In this document: in pieces, positions 62,395-64,000 of the stretch | Position numbering within the stretch: the stretch's first letter is position 1 | How the letters are laid out: every line of letters begins with the position of its first letter | Source of the DNA: an uncultured Pseudomonadales bacterium | Lineage (GTDB): Bacteria; Patescibacteriota; Microgenomatia; UBA1400; CAYXSR01 | NCBI GenBank assembly: GCA_964467735.1 | Contig: CAYXSR010000001.1 | Coordinates: 23,244-87,243 of the forward strand | Length of the DNA: 64,000 nt | Reading direction: 5' to 3' | Translations under genes and position numbers: made by a program | Notes under the pieces: model-generated | The model's database searches: none | The model's input: only the letters and a program-made list of their open reading frames with translations | Told to the model about the DNA's origin: nothing

Positions 62395-63468
62395 CTAAAA
62401 AGAGGGTAAAAATTCTTTTAAATTACTCTGATTTAAATGAAAATGTTCCCCCTTTCCTTCAACAATTAATTTACTAACTCTGCGGCATATTTTTTCAAGA
62501 TTTCTCTCTAGGCTCCTCATGCCGGCATCAAAGCCTAAAGGTCTAACAATTTTTGGCCATAAAGAACTATCAATTGTCAGGTTCTCTGTCCCTAATCCAG
62601 ATTCCTTCATAATCCTGGGTAGAAGATATTGTTTGGCAATAACTGTCTTTTCTTCATCTGAATAGGATGGCATCTGAATAACTTCCATCCTATCCAGAAC
62701 AGCAGTTGAAATATTTGCTGTGTTATTACAAGTAGTTACAAATAACACTTTCGATAAATCAAAAGGGTAGTCTATGTAATGATCAATAAAAAACATATTC
62801 TGTTGAGGATCGAGTACTTCAACTAAAACTCCCATAATATCACTCCGCGCATCTTCAGCCACCCGATCGATTTCATCTAAAAGAATGACTGGATTTCTAC
62901 TTTCTGCTTTTCTTAACGACTTAATAATCCAACCTGGTTCGTTGTCTGGATGAAGTTTTGATTGACCTCTAAGATCTAAAGCTGATCCCATTCCTCCAAA
63001 AGGAATACGACTAAATTTTCTTCCCATTGTTTCTGCCAAAGAATAAGCAAATGATGTTTTTCCTGTTCCCACTAAACCTACTAAACAAAGAATAGGAGAA
63101 GTTATTGGGTTATTTTTTTGTTTATTCAATCTTATTACCGATAGAAATTCTAAAATTCTCTCCTTAACGTCCTCCATACCATAGTGATATTTATTCATTA
63201 TTTCTTTTGCTCTATCTAAGTCTAAAATATCTTCTGTTTCTCTTTGCCATGGAAGAGAAATAAGCCAATCAAACCAATGAGTTATTTTCTCATATTCTTC
63301 AGCATAACCACCAAATTTTGCCATTCTTACCAAGCGTACCAACATATTTTCCGCTTTTTCTTTTAATCCTTCGGGGACACCACTTTCCTGAAGTTTCTTT
63401 TTTAATTGAGAAACTTCTTCAAAAAGATTACCTTGTACTGAAGGTGTATCAACACCAGTGTTATTCAT
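62395..63468 (-). CDS. Lon-like AAA+ ATPase module without N-terminal (LAN) and without peptidase S16 domain
   Basis: Strong similarity to Lon from the helical region preceding the AAA+ core (HWFDWLISLPW, HYGMEDVKERILEF) through Walker A (GLVGTGKTS), Walker B (ILLDEIDR) and sensor 2/Arg (LDRMEVIQMPSY). ORF ends where the protease domain would start. Confidence 0.7.
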   Translation of the reverse strand: MNNTGVDTPSVQGNLFEEVSQLKKKLQESGVPEGLKEKAENMLVRLVRMAKFGGYAEEYEKITHWFDWLISLPWQRETEDILDLDRAKEIMNKYHYGMEDVKERILEFLSVIRLNKQKNNPITSPILCLVGLVGTGKTSFAYSLAETMGRKFSRIPFGGMGSALDLRGQSKLHPDNEPGWIIKSLRKAESRNPVILLDEIDRVAEDARSDIMGVLVEVLDPQQNMFFIDHYIDYPFDLSKVLFVTTCNNTANISTAVLDRMEVIQMPSYSDEEKTVIAKQYLLPRIMKESGLGTENLTIDSSLWPKIVRPLGFDAGMRSLERNLEKICRRVSKLIVEGKGEHFHLNQSNLKEFLPSF

Positions 63469-63522
63469 TAAATATCATTATAGAAGGAAAGTCTCTGTCT
63501 TACAATAAAAAACAAGTAAGAA

Positions 63523-64000
63523 TCAACGATTAAATCGAGGTTGTTTATGAAATCTCTTTTTTGATTTTTTTTGGAAAGAGGACTTATTCTTATTTTTTTT
63601 AATTAAACTATCATCAAGAACCATCGAAAGATTTATTCTTCCTAAATCATCGATTTCTATTACTTTTACTTGAACTTTATCACCAATTTTTACGATATCC
63701 TCTGGGTTGGAAACAAATTCTGGAGACATTTTGGAAACATGAACTAAGCCTTCTTTACCCGGTAACACTTCAACAAATGCTCCAAAAGGCTGAATTCTCT
63801 TTACTTCGCCTTCAAAAACTTCTCCTACTTGAACTTCCCTTATTAAACCCTTAACCCAATCGGTTGCCTTTTTTACTGATTCTGGATCAACAGCAGAAAT
63901 AGTTACTTTCCCTTCATCGTTAATATCCATTGTTACTCCAGTATCGCTAATAATTTGACGAATCATTCTTCCTCCTGGTCCAATTACTTCGCCGATTTTA
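63523..64000 (-). CDS. pnp: polynucleotide phosphorylase, C-terminal KH + S1 domains (N-terminus beyond window)
   Basis: KH (IISDTGVTMDIND), S1 (GEVFEGEVKRIQPFGAFVEV). The open frame continues to the window edge. Confidence 0.8.
   Translation of the reverse strand, partial: KIGEVIGPGGRMIRQIISDTGVTMDINDEGKVTISAVDPESVKKATDWVKGLIREVQVGEVFEGEVKRIQPFGAFVEVLPGKEGLVHVSKMSPEFVSNPEDIVKIGDKVQVKVIEIDDLGRINLSMVLDDSLIKKNKNKSSFQKKSKKRFHKQPRFNR

Noticed and set aside
1-64000. CRISPR arrays, IS elements, toxin-antitoxin pairs
   Set aside because: I scanned intergenic regions for regularly spaced direct repeats and for transposase/integrase-like ORFs and found none. The only tandem repeat noted is the 10-nt TGATATATTA duplication at 22077-22096 in a promoter.

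Overview
AT-rich (~30% GC) compact bacterial chromosomal segment. All reading frames are open with the standard code, Shine-Dalgarno sites are in use, and genes are tightly packed. Its character is that of a reduced-genome, Gram-positive-like (sortase, RNase Y/J, YtxG/YtxH cluster, RecA-RecX), possibly CPR/Patescibacteria-type organism. The centre of the window (about 23.0-50.5 kb, minus strand) is one uninterrupted translation/transcription super-operon: rpoB-rpoC-rpsL-rpsG-fusA-tuf-S10-spc-alpha-L13/S9. It lacks L30, has a zinc-ribbon L24 and carries an extra P-loop kinase between adk and map. Two ORF-free, locally GC-rich spots turned out to be structured RNAs not in the ORF track: an RNase P RNA (rnpB, ~5671-5947, with a consensus sigma70-like promoter) and two tRNAs (tRNA-Pro GGG; a minus-strand tRNA whose anticodon loop reads CU-UAU-AA, i.e. 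tRNA-Ile UAU, an unusual AUA decoder). Other genes: Rrf2-IscS-IscU, UppP, a TsaC-TsaE fusion plus TsaD (t6A), an ATP-cone/PD-(D/E)xK nuclease fusion, P-type ATPase, GldAFG-like ABC transporter, HU, RNase Y, RecA/RecX, a compositionally odd small ORF with a near-perfect promoter next to tRNA-Pro, TspO, MltG-RuvX, a sortase paired with a 751-aa bitopic protein carrying a degenerate actin-like (PilM/FtsA/GspL-like) cytoplasmic domain, a C-Ala-less AlaRS, FtsK, a CTD-less RNase J, an orphan Lon AAA+ module with no protease domain, and the 3' part of PNPase. No CRISPR arrays, IS elements or integrases were seen. Most interesting leads: the actin-like bitopic protein plus sortase inserted in the alaS-ruvX-mltG cluster, tRNA-Ile(UAU), the TsaC-TsaE fusion, the ATP-cone nuclease and the protease-less Lon module.
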